Assembly (NCBI GenBank): GCA_024653215.1
Contig: JANLFU010000004.1
Span: 29,574-93,573, forward strand
Length of the DNA stretch: 64,000 nucleotides
Origin: Candidatus Saccharicenans sp.
Lineage (GTDB): Bacteria; Acidobacteriota; Aminicenantia; Aminicenantales; Saccharicenantaceae
Direction of reading: 5' to 3'
Both the position numbers and the translations under genes were made by a program. The notes under the pieces are model-generated. The model was not told the origin of the DNA and ran no database searches. It saw only the letters and a list, made by a program, of their open reading frames with translations. This document shows positions 20,925 through 29,462 of this stretch, one piece after another. Every line of letters begins with the position of its first letter. The first letter of the stretch is position 1.

Positions 20925-23639
20925 TTATTTAAGCACGTTTTTAAGATAAGACCCGGTCAGCGAGCCCGCTGTGGCGGCCACTTCTTCCGGGGTGCCATGG
21001 GCCACCAGGTAGCCGCCGCGTTCTCCCCCTTCCGGACCCAGGTCGATGATGTAATCGGCACACTTTATGAATTCCAGGTTGTGTTCAATCACCACCAGGC
21101 TGTGCCCCTGTGCCACCAGCTTCTGGAAACAGGCCAGGAGCACCTTGACATCATCCAGGTGCAGGCCGATGGTTGGCTCATCGAACAGGTAAAGAATCTT
21201 TTTATTCTTCTCGTGCACCAGGTGGAAGGCCAGCTTGATTCGCTGCAGTTCTCCGCCCGAGAGGGTGGTCGTGGGTTGCCCCAGTCGCAAATATCCCAGT
21301 CCCACTTCGGCCAGGGGTTGCAGGCGGTGCGCGATGTCCCGGTGGTCTCGGAAAAACTCCAGGGCCTCGCTGACGCTCATTTGCAAGACTTCGTGGATGT
21401 TCTTGCCCCGGTACCTGATTTCCAGGATGTCCGGAGTGTAGCGGCGGCCGCCGCAGGTCTCGCAGGTCAGGACCACATCGCTCAGGAACTGCATCTCCAC
21501 TTCCTGGAAGCCGGCTCCCTGGCAGTCCGGGCACTGGCCGCGAGCGGTATTGAAGGAAAAATGCCCGGCGGTATATCCCTGGGCCCGGGCCTCCCTGGTT
21601 TCGGCAAAGAGCTCCCTGATGCCGTCCAGGGCCTTGGTGTAGGTGGCCGGGATGGAACGGGGCGAAGTGCTCAGCGGCGACTGGTCGACCCTGACCACCT
21701 TGCTTATCTTTTCGGCTCCCCTGATCCGGTCAAAGCCGTTGCTGCTCTGGCCGGTTAATCCCTTGTATATCACTTCATCCAGCAGGGTGCTCTTGCCCGA
21801 GCCGGAAACCCCGGTCAGGCAGACAAAGACCCCTAACGGGATTTTCAGGTCGAGGTTCTTCAAGTTGTGCTTGCGGGCGCCGTGGATTTCCAGGAATTCC
21901 CTGGGCCGGCGGCGCCGTTCCGGCTTCGGGATGGATATTTCCTGGCGAAGGTACCTGGCCGTGAGCGTTTGCCCTTCTTCCAGGAATTTCTTCATCTCCC
22001 CGGCATAGAGCACCTGTCCGCCGTATTCTCCGGCTCCCGGGCCCAGGTCAACCAGGAAGTCTGCTTCCCGGATGATTTCCGGGTCGTGCTCCACCACCAG
22101 CACCGTGTTGCCTATATCCTGAAGGCGCCTCAGAATGCGCACCAGCCGGCGGTTATCCCGGGGATGAAGCCCGATGGACGGCTCGTCCAGCACGAACAGC
22201 GTTCCCACCAGGGAAGCGCTCAGGGCCGCGGCCAGGTTAATCCGCTGGGCCTCGCCCCCGCTCAGGGTGAAGGTCATGCGGTCAAGGGTCAGGTAATCCA
22301 GGCCCACTTCCAGCAGGAACCTGAGACGCCCCTTTATTTCCTGGATCAGCCGTTCGCCGATTTTCTGCTCGTACGGCGAAAGCTGCAGGTTTTCCAGGAA
22401 ATCGCAGGCTTCCCTGACCGTCATGGCGTTGAAGTCGCCGATGGACTTTCCGGCGATTTTTATGGCCCGGGCTTTTTCGTTCAGCCTGGTGCGTTCGCAG
22501 GCCGGGCAGGGCGCGTATTTCCGGTAGCGGCTCAGCAGCACCCGGACCTGGACCTTGTATTTCTTGGATTCCAGCCACTCGAAGAAGCCCTTGACGCCGT
22601 AATAGCCATCACCGCCTTCCAGGACGAACTGGCGGTGTTCGGGCTTTAATTTGTGAAAGGGGACATCGGTCGGTATGCCCCGCCGCCTGGCTTCCCGGAT
22701 GAGTTCCCGCTGAAGCCCGCGGGAAGCCGGCTTGGTCCAGGGCTCCACCGCGCCCTCTTCTATCGATTTATTTTTATCCGGCACAATCTTATCTTCATCC
22801 AGCACGGCCAGGTCGCCGAAGCCATGGCAGGCCGGGCAGGCTCCCTGGGGGCTGTTGAAGGACAGCAGGTTGGGATAAGGTTCCTCGTAGGTCAGATTAC
22901 AGGTCTTGCATTCCAGGTATTCGCTGAAGCTGAAAATCTGGCCTGTTTCCGAGTGTACCCTGACCCGGCCTTCTCCTTTCTTCAGACCGGTCTCCAGGGA
23001 ATCGACCAGCCGTTCCCGGTCCTGCGGGTCAAGCTGGAAATAGTCCACCAGGACTTCCATTTCCTTTTCCGGTTTCCGCCTTTTTTCGGCTTCTTCGACC
23101 GGAATGACCTTTCCCTTCTGGTAAAACCGCAGGAAGCCCTCCTTCTTCAATTCGGCCAGCTTTTTGCCCTCGGGCCAGGCGAAGGTGATGGCCAGCCGCG
23201 TTCCGGCCGGGAGAGTGCTCAGCGTTTCCACCATGCGGTCGATGGTATCTTTTTTTACCGGCTGGCCGCACTTCAGGCAGTGGATGGTTCCGATCCTGGC
23301 ATAGAGCACCCGCAGGAAGTCGTAGATTTCGGTGACCGTGGCCACCGTGGAGCGGGGATTCTTGGCCGAGGCTTTCTGCTGGATGGCGATGGCCGGCGGA
23401 ATGCCTTCGATCAGGTCGGCTTCCGGCTTGTCCATCCTTTCCAGGAACTGGCGGGCGTAGGAGGACAGTGATTCCAGGTAACGGCGCTGGCCCTCGGCGT
23501 ACAGGGTGTCAAAGGCCAGCGAAGACTTACCGGAGCCGCTGACCCCGGTGATGATTATGAGTTTCCCCACCGGCAGGTCGAGGTCGATGTTTTTCAGGTT
23601 GTGGACCCGGACCCCGCGCAGAATGATTTTGTCTTCCAT
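20925..23639 (-). CDS. uvrA: Excinuclease ABC subunit A
   Basis: Two ABC ATPase modules, zinc-finger cysteines and canonical N-terminus MEDKIILRGVRVHNLKNIDLDLP…GVSGSGKSSLAFDTLYAEGQRRY. Start set at the internal MEDK Met. The track ORF extends 25 codons upstream to 23714. Confidence 0.95.
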   Translation of the reverse strand: MEDKIILRGVRVHNLKNIDLDLPVGKLIIITGVSGSGKSSLAFDTLYAEGQRRYLESLSSYARQFLERMDKPEADLIEGIPPAIAIQQKASAKNPRSTVATVTEIYDFLRVLYARIGTIHCLKCGQPVKKDTIDRMVETLSTLPAGTRLAITFAWPEGKKLAELKKEGFLRFYQKGKVIPVEEAEKRRKPEKEMEVLVDYFQLDPQDRERLVDSLETGLKKGEGRVRVHSETGQIFSFSEYLECKTCNLTYEEPYPNLLSFNSPQGACPACHGFGDLAVLDEDKIVPDKNKSIEEGAVEPWTKPASRGLQRELIREARRRGIPTDVPFHKLKPEHRQFVLEGGDGYYGVKGFFEWLESKKYKVQVRVLLSRYRKYAPCPACERTRLNEKARAIKIAGKSIGDFNAMTVREACDFLENLQLSPYEQKIGERLIQEIKGRLRFLLEVGLDYLTLDRMTFTLSGGEAQRINLAAALSASLVGTLFVLDEPSIGLHPRDNRRLVRILRRLQDIGNTVLVVEHDPEIIREADFLVDLGPGAGEYGGQVLYAGEMKKFLEEGQTLTARYLRQEISIPKPERRRRPREFLEIHGARKHNLKNLDLKIPLGVFVCLTGVSGSGKSTLLDEVIYKGLTGQSSNGFDRIRGAEKISKVVRVDQSPLSTSPRSIPATYTKALDGIRELFAETREARAQGYTAGHFSFNTARGQCPDCQGAGFQEVEMQFLSDVVLTCETCGGRRYTPDILEIRYRGKNIHEVLQMSVSEALEFFRDHRDIAHRLQPLAEVGLGYLRLGQPTTTLSGGELQRIKLAFHLVHEKNKKILYLFDEPTIGLHLDDVKVLLACFQKLVAQGHSLVVIEHNLEFIKCADYIIDLGPEGGERGGYLVAHGTPEEVAATAGSLTGSYLKNVLK

Positions 23640-23910
23640 TGTTAAAAAATTATACTCTCTTAAAGGTCGGATGGTAAGAAGTAGCTCCAGTTCTAAGGGG
23701 TGAAGCCTGGCCAAGCTTGGCGAGGCAGCCAGGCCAATAGAAAATTCAAGAAGTCGCTAATAACCGAATCTGCCTTCTTTGATTTTCCTTGTCATGGCCG
23801 AATTCTTTCCAATTTGGAATTAATCAATCTCTCCTTTATAAGGCAGTTTTAAGGTCCCGTCAGCCCATTCCAGGAAATATATTTCGGGCTCTGCTATAAT
23901 TGAAAACCTT

Positions 23911-24477
23911 ATGAACATACTGATACTTGCCGGAATCGCCCTGGCCCTGGCCGTGGATGCTTTTGCCGTCACCGTGGGTCTGGCCTGCGCGCTTTCCGGG
24001 CTCAGCCGCCGGCAGGTCTTCCGCCTGGCCTTTCATTTCGGGCTTTTCCAGTTCCTGATGCCGGTAGTCGGCTGGTTTATCGGGGAGAACCTGCTCAAGC
24101 TGATTTCCAATTACGACCACTGGGTGGCCTTTGGCCTGCTGCTCTTCGTGGGTTTAAGGATGGTCCGGCAATCCTTCCGGGATGATGACGAAAAATACCG
24201 GGCGGGCGACCCCACCCGCGGCTGGTCTCTCCTGGTGCTGGCCCTGGCCACCAGCCAGGACGCCCTGGCCGCCGGCTTTGGCCTGGTCGTCCTGGGCATT
24301 AACATCTGGGTTTCGGCCCTGGTCATCGGGCTGACCGCGTTCAGCCTGACCTGGGTGGCCAGCCGGGTTGGCCCCCTGATGGGCCGGGTTTTCGGGCGCC
24401 GGGCCGAACTCGTGGGTGGCCTGGTCCTAGTGCTCATCGGAGTCAAGATTCTGCTCGACCATATGGGGAAAGGTTAG
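23911..24477 (+). CDS. mntP: Manganese efflux pump MntP
   Basis: 188 aa, 6 TM. N-terminal ILAGIALALAVDAFAVTVGLA and duplicated half-domains are typical of the MntP/YebN family. TATAAT lies just upstream. Confidence 0.75.
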   Translation: MNILILAGIALALAVDAFAVTVGLACALSGLSRRQVFRLAFHFGLFQFLMPVVGWFIGENLLKLISNYDHWVAFGLLLFVGLRMVRQSFRDDDEKYRAGDPTRGWSLLVLALATSQDALAAGFGLVVLGINIWVSALVIGLTAFSLTWVASRVGPLMGRVFGRRAELVGGLVLVLIGVKILLDHMGKG

Positions 24478-24491
24478 CCGCGGTCGGCTCT

Positions 24492-24519
24492 TTGACATTT
24501 GCAACCTTTTTTCTATAAT
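24492..24519 (+). promoter_or_regulatory. Sigma70-like promoter upstream of the acpS / acyl-CoA synthetase / ACP / kbl gene set
   Basis: TTGACA (24492-24497), 16-nt spacer, TATAAT (24514-24519). Followed by a 7-bp-stem hairpin (TCTGCTC…GAGCAGA) in the leader. Confidence 0.5.
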
Positions 24520-24591
24520 AACTTCTGCTCAAAATGCGAAAGAAGAGCAGATTAAGGGCAATTTTAGGCTGCTAACAGACCAGGAGGCCGA

Positions 24592-24966
24592 TTGATTTTT
24601 GGAGTGGGCGTAGACATCATCGAAGTAGCCAGGGTGGAAGATAAACTCAGCCGGACGCCGGGGCTGAAGGAAAAGCTCTACACCCCCGTTGAAATCGCCT
24701 ACTGCGAAAGCAAGAAATTCCCCTTTCAGCACTATGCGGCCCGCTTTGCGGCCAAGGAAGCTTTCATGAAGGCCCTGGGCACGGGCTGGAGCCGGGGAGT
24801 AAAGTTTTCTGAGATTGAAGTCCGGAACCTGGACAGCGGTCAACCGGTGCTTGAAGTCTACGGGCGAGCCAGGGAGCTCTGCCAGGCAGAGGGAATCACC
24901 AGGTCTTACGTTTCCCTGTCGCATCTTCAGACCAAGGCGGTGGCCACGGTCGTTCTGGAAAAATAG
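24592..24966 (+). CDS. acpS: Holo-[acyl-carrier-protein] synthase (4'-phosphopantetheinyl transferase)
   Basis: IFGVGVDIIEVARV…AARFAAKEAFMKALGTG… is the canonical AcpS fold. 124 aa. Confidence 0.85.
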   Translation: MIFGVGVDIIEVARVEDKLSRTPGLKEKLYTPVEIAYCESKKFPFQHYAARFAAKEAFMKALGTGWSRGVKFSEIEVRNLDSGQPVLEVYGRARELCQAEGITRSYVSLSHLQTKAVATVVLEK

Positions 24967-24984
24967 ATAAACTGTGGAGGGAAT

Positions 24985-26688
24985 ATGACACACTTCGGAA
25001 ACTACGAGGACAGGGCCAGGAATTTCTCCTGGGCCATCAGCGAGCAGGAACTCGGTTACAGGCCCGGGCAGGTCATCAACATCGGCTGGTACTGCTCGGA
25101 CCGCATCTGCCAGCAGGGAAAAGCCGACAAGGTGGCCCTCATCTGGGAGGGTTTTACCGGCGAGAAAAAGATTTTCACCTACAACGACATCCGGCTTTAT
25201 TCCAACACCTTCGCCAAGTTTATTAACGACCTGGGAATAAAGGCCGGCGAGCGGGTCTGCCTGTTCATGGACCGGGTGCCGGAACTTTACATCGGCTTCC
25301 TGGGAATCCTCAAGACCGGCTGCATCGTTCAGCCGCTGTTTTCGGCCTTCGGCGAAGAATCGCTTTTTGTCCGACTGGAGAATGCCGAGACCACGGCCAT
25401 CTTCACCCAGAAAAAGCACGTCTCCAAGGTCAGGAAAATCAGGGATAAATTGCCGCACCTGAAATATATCATCATCGTGGACTATGATGGCAAGACGCCT
25501 CTCCAGGAGAGGGAAGTGGCTTTCTCCATGGAGAAGTCCGAGAAGGTCGAGCACTACGAAATCTATCCGACCTATGCCGAGACGCCCTCGGTGCTTCACT
25601 ATACCTCGGGAACGACCGGCATGCCCAAGGGGGTCCAGCATGTGCATTACTCCCTCATTTCGCAGTACATAACTGCCAAGTGGGTTTTGGACCTTCACGA
25701 CGACGACATCTACTGGTGCACGGCCGACCCCGGCTGGGTGACCGGGACCTCTTACGGCATCATCGGGCCCTTCAGCCTGGGGGTTACCCAGTGCGTCCTG
25801 GACAGCGGCTTTTCGGCCGAGGCCTGGTACCGGTTCATCGAGAAGAACCGGGTAACTGTCTGGTACTCGGCCCCCACGGCCATCCGGTCGCTGATGAAGG
25901 CCGGAGACGAAATCATCAAGAAATTTGACCTGTCGTCACTGCGGCACCTGGCCAGCGTGGGCGAGCCCCTAAACCCGGAAGCCGTCAACTGGTCAATCCG
26001 GGTCTTCGGCAAGCCCTTCCACGACACTTACTGGCAGACCGAGACCGGCTGCATCGTCATCACCAACTTCCCGGGGATGCCGGTTAAGCCCGGTTCCATG
26101 GGGCGTCCTTTCCCCGGCATCACCGCCACCATCCTCAATCCCGGCAACCACGAGCCATACCCGGAGCCGGGGCGCATCGGCTTGATCGGCCTGAAGCCGG
26201 GCTGGCCCTCGATGATGCGGACCTACTGGAACAACGAGGAAGCCTACAAGAACAAGTTCCGCAACGGCTGGTACCTGACCGGCGACCGGGCCAGGATGGA
26301 CAAGGACGGCTACATCTGGTTCGTGGGTCGCGACGACGATGTCATCAACACCGGCGGCCACCTGGTCAGCCCCTTTGAAGTGGAATCGGCCCTGCTGGAG
26401 CACCCGGCTGTGGCCGAGTCGGCGGTGGTCAGCAAGCCCGACCCCATCAACATGGAAGTGGTCAAGGCCTTCGTCACTGTGAAGCCGGGGTTCACCGCTT
26501 CCAAGGACCTGGAGCTCGACATCATGAACTTCATCCGCAAGAAACTCTCGCCGCTGGCCATGCCCCAGGAAATAGAGTTCGTCGACTCCCTGCCCAAGAC
26601 CAGGAGCGGCAAGATCATGCGCCGGATTCTGCACGCCAAGGAATGGGGCGAGGAGATCGGCGACACTTCCACCCTGGAAAACGAATGA
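24985..26688 (+). CDS. AMP-forming acyl-CoA (or acyl-ACP) synthetase, acetyl/propionyl-CoA synthetase-like
   Basis: YTSGTTGMPKGVQHVH, YWQTETG, …TGDRARMDKDGYIWFVGRDDDVIN…, C-terminal …LPKTRSGKIMRR. Confidence 0.8.
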   Translation: MTHFGNYEDRARNFSWAISEQELGYRPGQVINIGWYCSDRICQQGKADKVALIWEGFTGEKKIFTYNDIRLYSNTFAKFINDLGIKAGERVCLFMDRVPELYIGFLGILKTGCIVQPLFSAFGEESLFVRLENAETTAIFTQKKHVSKVRKIRDKLPHLKYIIIVDYDGKTPLQEREVAFSMEKSEKVEHYEIYPTYAETPSVLHYTSGTTGMPKGVQHVHYSLISQYITAKWVLDLHDDDIYWCTADPGWVTGTSYGIIGPFSLGVTQCVLDSGFSAEAWYRFIEKNRVTVWYSAPTAIRSLMKAGDEIIKKFDLSSLRHLASVGEPLNPEAVNWSIRVFGKPFHDTYWQTETGCIVITNFPGMPVKPGSMGRPFPGITATILNPGNHEPYPEPGRIGLIGLKPGWPSMMRTYWNNEEAYKNKFRNGWYLTGDRARMDKDGYIWFVGRDDDVINTGGHLVSPFEVESALLEHPAVAESAVVSKPDPINMEVVKAFVTVKPGFTASKDLELDIMNFIRKKLSPLAMPQEIEFVDSLPKTRSGKIMRRILHAKEWGEEIGDTSTLENE

Positions 26689-26734
26689 CGGGCTTGAAAA
26701 ATTTATTAGAATAAAATAGAAAAAGGAGTAAGCT

Positions 26735-26983
26735 ATGGACGACTTAAAGGAAATCATCAAGAATTACGTCATCAACGAGTACCTGGAGCCGGACAGCGAC
26801 CCCATCGACTACGATACCCCGCTCATTTCAGGCGGCATCGTGGATTCATTCTCCATGGTCTCGCTGAAGAGGTTCCTGGAGAACAGGTACAACATCCAGA
26901 TTCCCGACGACCAGGCCACGCCCGAGGCCTTTGACTCGGTCAACAAGATTGCCGACCTGGTCAGGCGGTTCGTAAAGGCTTGA
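26735..26983 (+). CDS. Acyl carrier protein
   Basis: 82 aa acidic protein. Phosphopantetheine-attachment site GGIVDSFSMVSL (DS motif). Confidence 0.7.
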   Translation: MDDLKEIIKNYVINEYLEPDSDPIDYDTPLISGGIVDSFSMVSLKRFLENRYNIQIPDDQATPEAFDSVNKIADLVRRFVKA

Positions 26984-27039
26984 GTTGCCGTCGGACTTAA
27001 GATAACCGGCGGGTATTCATAGAGCCAAAGGAGGAAACC

Positions 27040-28287
27040 ATGGCTTTTCCAGATAGCGTGCGGGAATTATACCAGGCCCAGCTCAAGGCCCTGCAGGAGG
27101 GCGGGCTGTTCAAGGAAGAAAGGTTCATTCATTCGCCACAAGCGGCCGACATCGAGGTGGAATTTCCGGTCGGTTCTTCGCTGAAGAAGGTCATAAACAT
27201 GTGCGCCAACAATTACCTCGGCCTGTCCAGCCATCCCGAGGTGATCAAGGCTGCCCACGAGGGGCTGGAAACCCGGGGCTTCGGAATGTCCTCGGTGCGC
27301 TTTATCTGCGGCACCCAGGACATCCACAAGGAGCTGGAAAGGAAGATGACCGAGTTCCTGGGTACTGAGGATACCATCCTCTTCCCGTCCTGCATGGATG
27401 CCAACGCCGGGGTATTTGAGGCCATCCTGACCAAGGATGATGTCATCATCTCCGACCGGCTGGTTCATGCCTCGCTGATCGACGGCATCAGGCTGTGCAG
27501 CGCCATGCACGATACCTTCAAGCATTCCGACATGGCCCACCTCGAGGAAAAGCTCAAGATGTACCAGGACAAGAGGCTGCGGCTGGTGGTGACCGACGGC
27601 GTTTTCTCGATGGACGGTGATACGGCCAAGCTGGACCAGATGGTCGAGCTCTGCGAAAAGTACAACGCCATGCTGCTGGTTGACGATTCCCATGCCTCTG
27701 GTTTCATCGGGAAAACGGGGCGGGGGACCCACGAGAAGTACGGGGTCATGGGCAAGATTGACATCATCACCACCACCTTCGGTAAGGCCCTCGGCGGGGC
27801 CACCGGCGGCTGCGTGTCCGGAAGGCGGGAAATCGTGGAGATGTGCCGGCAGCGGGCCCGGCCGTACCTGTTCTCCAACACCATCGCCCCGGTCATAATC
27901 GTGGGCATCCTCAAGGTGCTGGAGATTCTCTCGGCCACCACCGAGCGCCGCGACAAGCTGGAGAAGAACACCGAGTACTGGAGAAAGGGCCTGAAGGAAG
28001 CCGGCTTCATCCTGAAGGAAGGCGATACCCCGATTGTCCCGGTCATGCTGTTCAACGCCAGGCTGGCCCAGGAATTCTCCAAGGCTCTCTACGAGGAAGG
28101 CATTTATGCCATCGGCTTCTTCTTCCCGGTTGTTCCTCAGGGCCAGGCCAGGATCAGAACCCAGATTTCCGCAGCCCACGAAATCCACCACCTGGACAGG
28201 GCCCTGGAGGCCTTCATCAAGGTCGGGAAGAAGTTCGACATCCTCCACAAGACCAAGCAGGAAATCGTAGAAAAATACGGGATGTAA
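27040..28287 (+). CDS. kbl: Alpha-oxoamine synthase, closest to 2-amino-3-ketobutyrate CoA ligase (glycine C-acetyltransferase)
   Basis: Extended identity with Kbl-type sequences: GLFKEER…CANNYLGL…VRFICGTQDIHKELE…DGVFSMDGD…RPYLFSN…FFFPVVPQGQARIRTQISAAH. The PLP lysine lies in TFGKALGG. Confidence 0.8.
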   Translation: MAFPDSVRELYQAQLKALQEGGLFKEERFIHSPQAADIEVEFPVGSSLKKVINMCANNYLGLSSHPEVIKAAHEGLETRGFGMSSVRFICGTQDIHKELERKMTEFLGTEDTILFPSCMDANAGVFEAILTKDDVIISDRLVHASLIDGIRLCSAMHDTFKHSDMAHLEEKLKMYQDKRLRLVVTDGVFSMDGDTAKLDQMVELCEKYNAMLLVDDSHASGFIGKTGRGTHEKYGVMGKIDIITTTFGKALGGATGGCVSGRREIVEMCRQRARPYLFSNTIAPVIIVGILKVLEILSATTERRDKLEKNTEYWRKGLKEAGFILKEGDTPIVPVMLFNARLAQEFSKALYEEGIYAIGFFFPVVPQGQARIRTQISAAHEIHHLDRALEAFIKVGKKFDILHKTKQEIVEKYGM

Positions 28288-28310
28288 TAGGTCCCGACAG
28301 ATCGCCATTA

Positions 28311-28338
28311 AAAGGGGACACCTTAGAGTGTCCCCTTT
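28311..28338 (+). terminator. Perfect 11-bp-arm inverted repeat 24 nt after the kbl stop. Likely an intrinsic terminator.
   Basis: AAAGGGGACAC-CTTAGA-GTGTCCCCTTT, followed by TAAG. Confidence 0.5.
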
Positions 28339-28387
28339 AAGTCCTTTCTTGGGCTGCTTTTTAAGGCAAAGCCTATGAAAGAAATAG

Positions 28388-28414
28388 GGAGACACTCTAA
28401 GGTGTCCCCTTTTG
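28388..28414. repeat. Second copy of the same palindromic element in inverted orientation
   Basis: GGGAGACACTCTAAGGTGTCCCCTTTT is the reverse complement of the 28311-28338 element with 1-2 mismatches. The pair brackets the junction between the kbl operon and the RHS cassette array. Confidence 0.5.
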
Positions 28415-28445
28415 CTCCCTTAATACCATTCCCTGATTAAAATGA

Positions 28446-28901
28446 AAAAATTATGCCTTTGACGGGAGGCTTCTGGCTGAGTATGATGGATATGGGAATT
28501 GCCTGCGTGAGTATATCTACATAGGGGCGAAGATGGTGGCTGAGTACCAGCCGGCTACGGGCAAGTATTACTACTACACCACCGACCAGATTAACTCCAC
28601 CCGGGTGGTGACGGATGATGAGGGTAACGTGGTGTATTCCGCGGTCCATGACCCCTATGGCGGGGTGCAGCAGACCTGGGTCAACACCTTCAACCCCGGG
28701 TGGAAATTTTCCGGCAAGGAGCAGGATGCCGAGTCAGGTCTCTACTACTTCGGGGCCCGCTACTACGACCAGAGCCTCTACCGCTTCCTCAGCCCCGACC
28801 CGGTGATTCCCACCGACCGGGCCCTTTACAACCCGCAGCGGTGGAATCTGTATGGGTATTGCGGAAATAATCCGATAAATTTTGTCGATCTAGATGGCCG
28901 T
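28446..28901 (+). repeat. RHS core-tip repeat copy A. It encodes …YAFDGRLLAEYDGYGNCLREYIYIGAKMVAEYQP…YYYYTTDQINSTRVVTDDEGNVVYSA…LYYFGARYYD…LYRFLSPDP…NNPINFVDLDGR.
   Basis: The frame opens directly after a stop at 28443-28445, with no start codon at the homology boundary. Nearly identical nucleotide and protein sequence recurs at the head of each downstream toxin ORF. Confidence 0.8.
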
Positions 28902-29441
28902 ATTTTAGTTCCGGTAAACAATATTGCAGACGCTACTATTGCTGCGAGATATAAGTACCTTGATAATAGGTTTTTGAGCAAACTTTCTGATGTCTTCTTC
29001 TGGCTTAGCGAAAGCGGTATCGATATCATAATTACCAGTATGTATAGACCGGCGGCTTTTCAGGCCGAGTTGAGAAAGCAAAACCCGGCCAACACCGCGA
29101 AAGGCATAAGTTATCATCAGACAGGCTGGGCGATAGATATATCCTGGGCAAATTTTTCAGAAGAAAAATTCAAGGAATTCGTTGATTATTGTAAATCCAG
29201 AGGTTTTATAGTCATTAAAGAGACGCGCGTTAACAGTGACGGTACCACCTCAGTATGGATACACATAAGCATAGATGACCCTAAGAAAAAATCTTCGAAG
29301 GCCGCAAGTTCAGCGGAACGACTTTTCCACTTATATAACAGTGCCATTTTTAATATGATAAATAGTTTTTTTGAGTTGATGATGTCACAGGATCCTTGGT
29401 TTGGAATGGTGACTGCACCGTATGAGCAATACATGATTTGA
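28533..29441 (+). CDS. Orphan RHS C-terminal module A: RHS core tip fused to an M15/LAS-type (VanY-like) peptidoglycan peptidase toxin domain
   Basis: After the …NNPINFVDLDGR junction, the C-terminal 180 aa contain SYHQTGWAIDIS (SxHxxGxAxD) and VWIHISID (WxH). These are hallmarks of M15 D-Ala-D-Ala / L-Ala-D-Glu peptidases. The toxin domain is AT-rich, unlike the repeat. Confidence 0.6.
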   Translation: MVAEYQPATGKYYYYTTDQINSTRVVTDDEGNVVYSAVHDPYGGVQQTWVNTFNPGWKFSGKEQDAESGLYYFGARYYDQSLYRFLSPDPVIPTDRALYNPQRWNLYGYCGNNPINFVDLDGRILVPVNNIADATIAARYKYLDNRFLSKLSDVFFWLSESGIDIIITSMYRPAAFQAELRKQNPANTAKGISYHQTGWAIDISWANFSEEKFKEFVDYCKSRGFIVIKETRVNSDGTTSVWIHISIDDPKKKSSKAASSAERLFHLYNSAIFNMINSFFELMMSQDPWFGMVTAPYEQYMI

Positions 29442-29462
29442 ATCACAAATTAGGAGAAATGG

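Noticed and set aside
20924-20925. Zero-nucleotide gap between the convergent mgsA stop (20924) and uvrA stop (20925)
   Set aside because: Tight convergent packing without a terminator is unusual but not informative by itself. It may simply reflect overlapping 3' UTRs.
23715-23910. Possible yybP-ykoY (manganese) riboswitch upstream of mntP
   Set aside because: mntP is commonly riboswitch-controlled, but I could not recognise the conserved yybP-ykoY core in the 196-nt leader. Only a TATAAT -10 element is evident.
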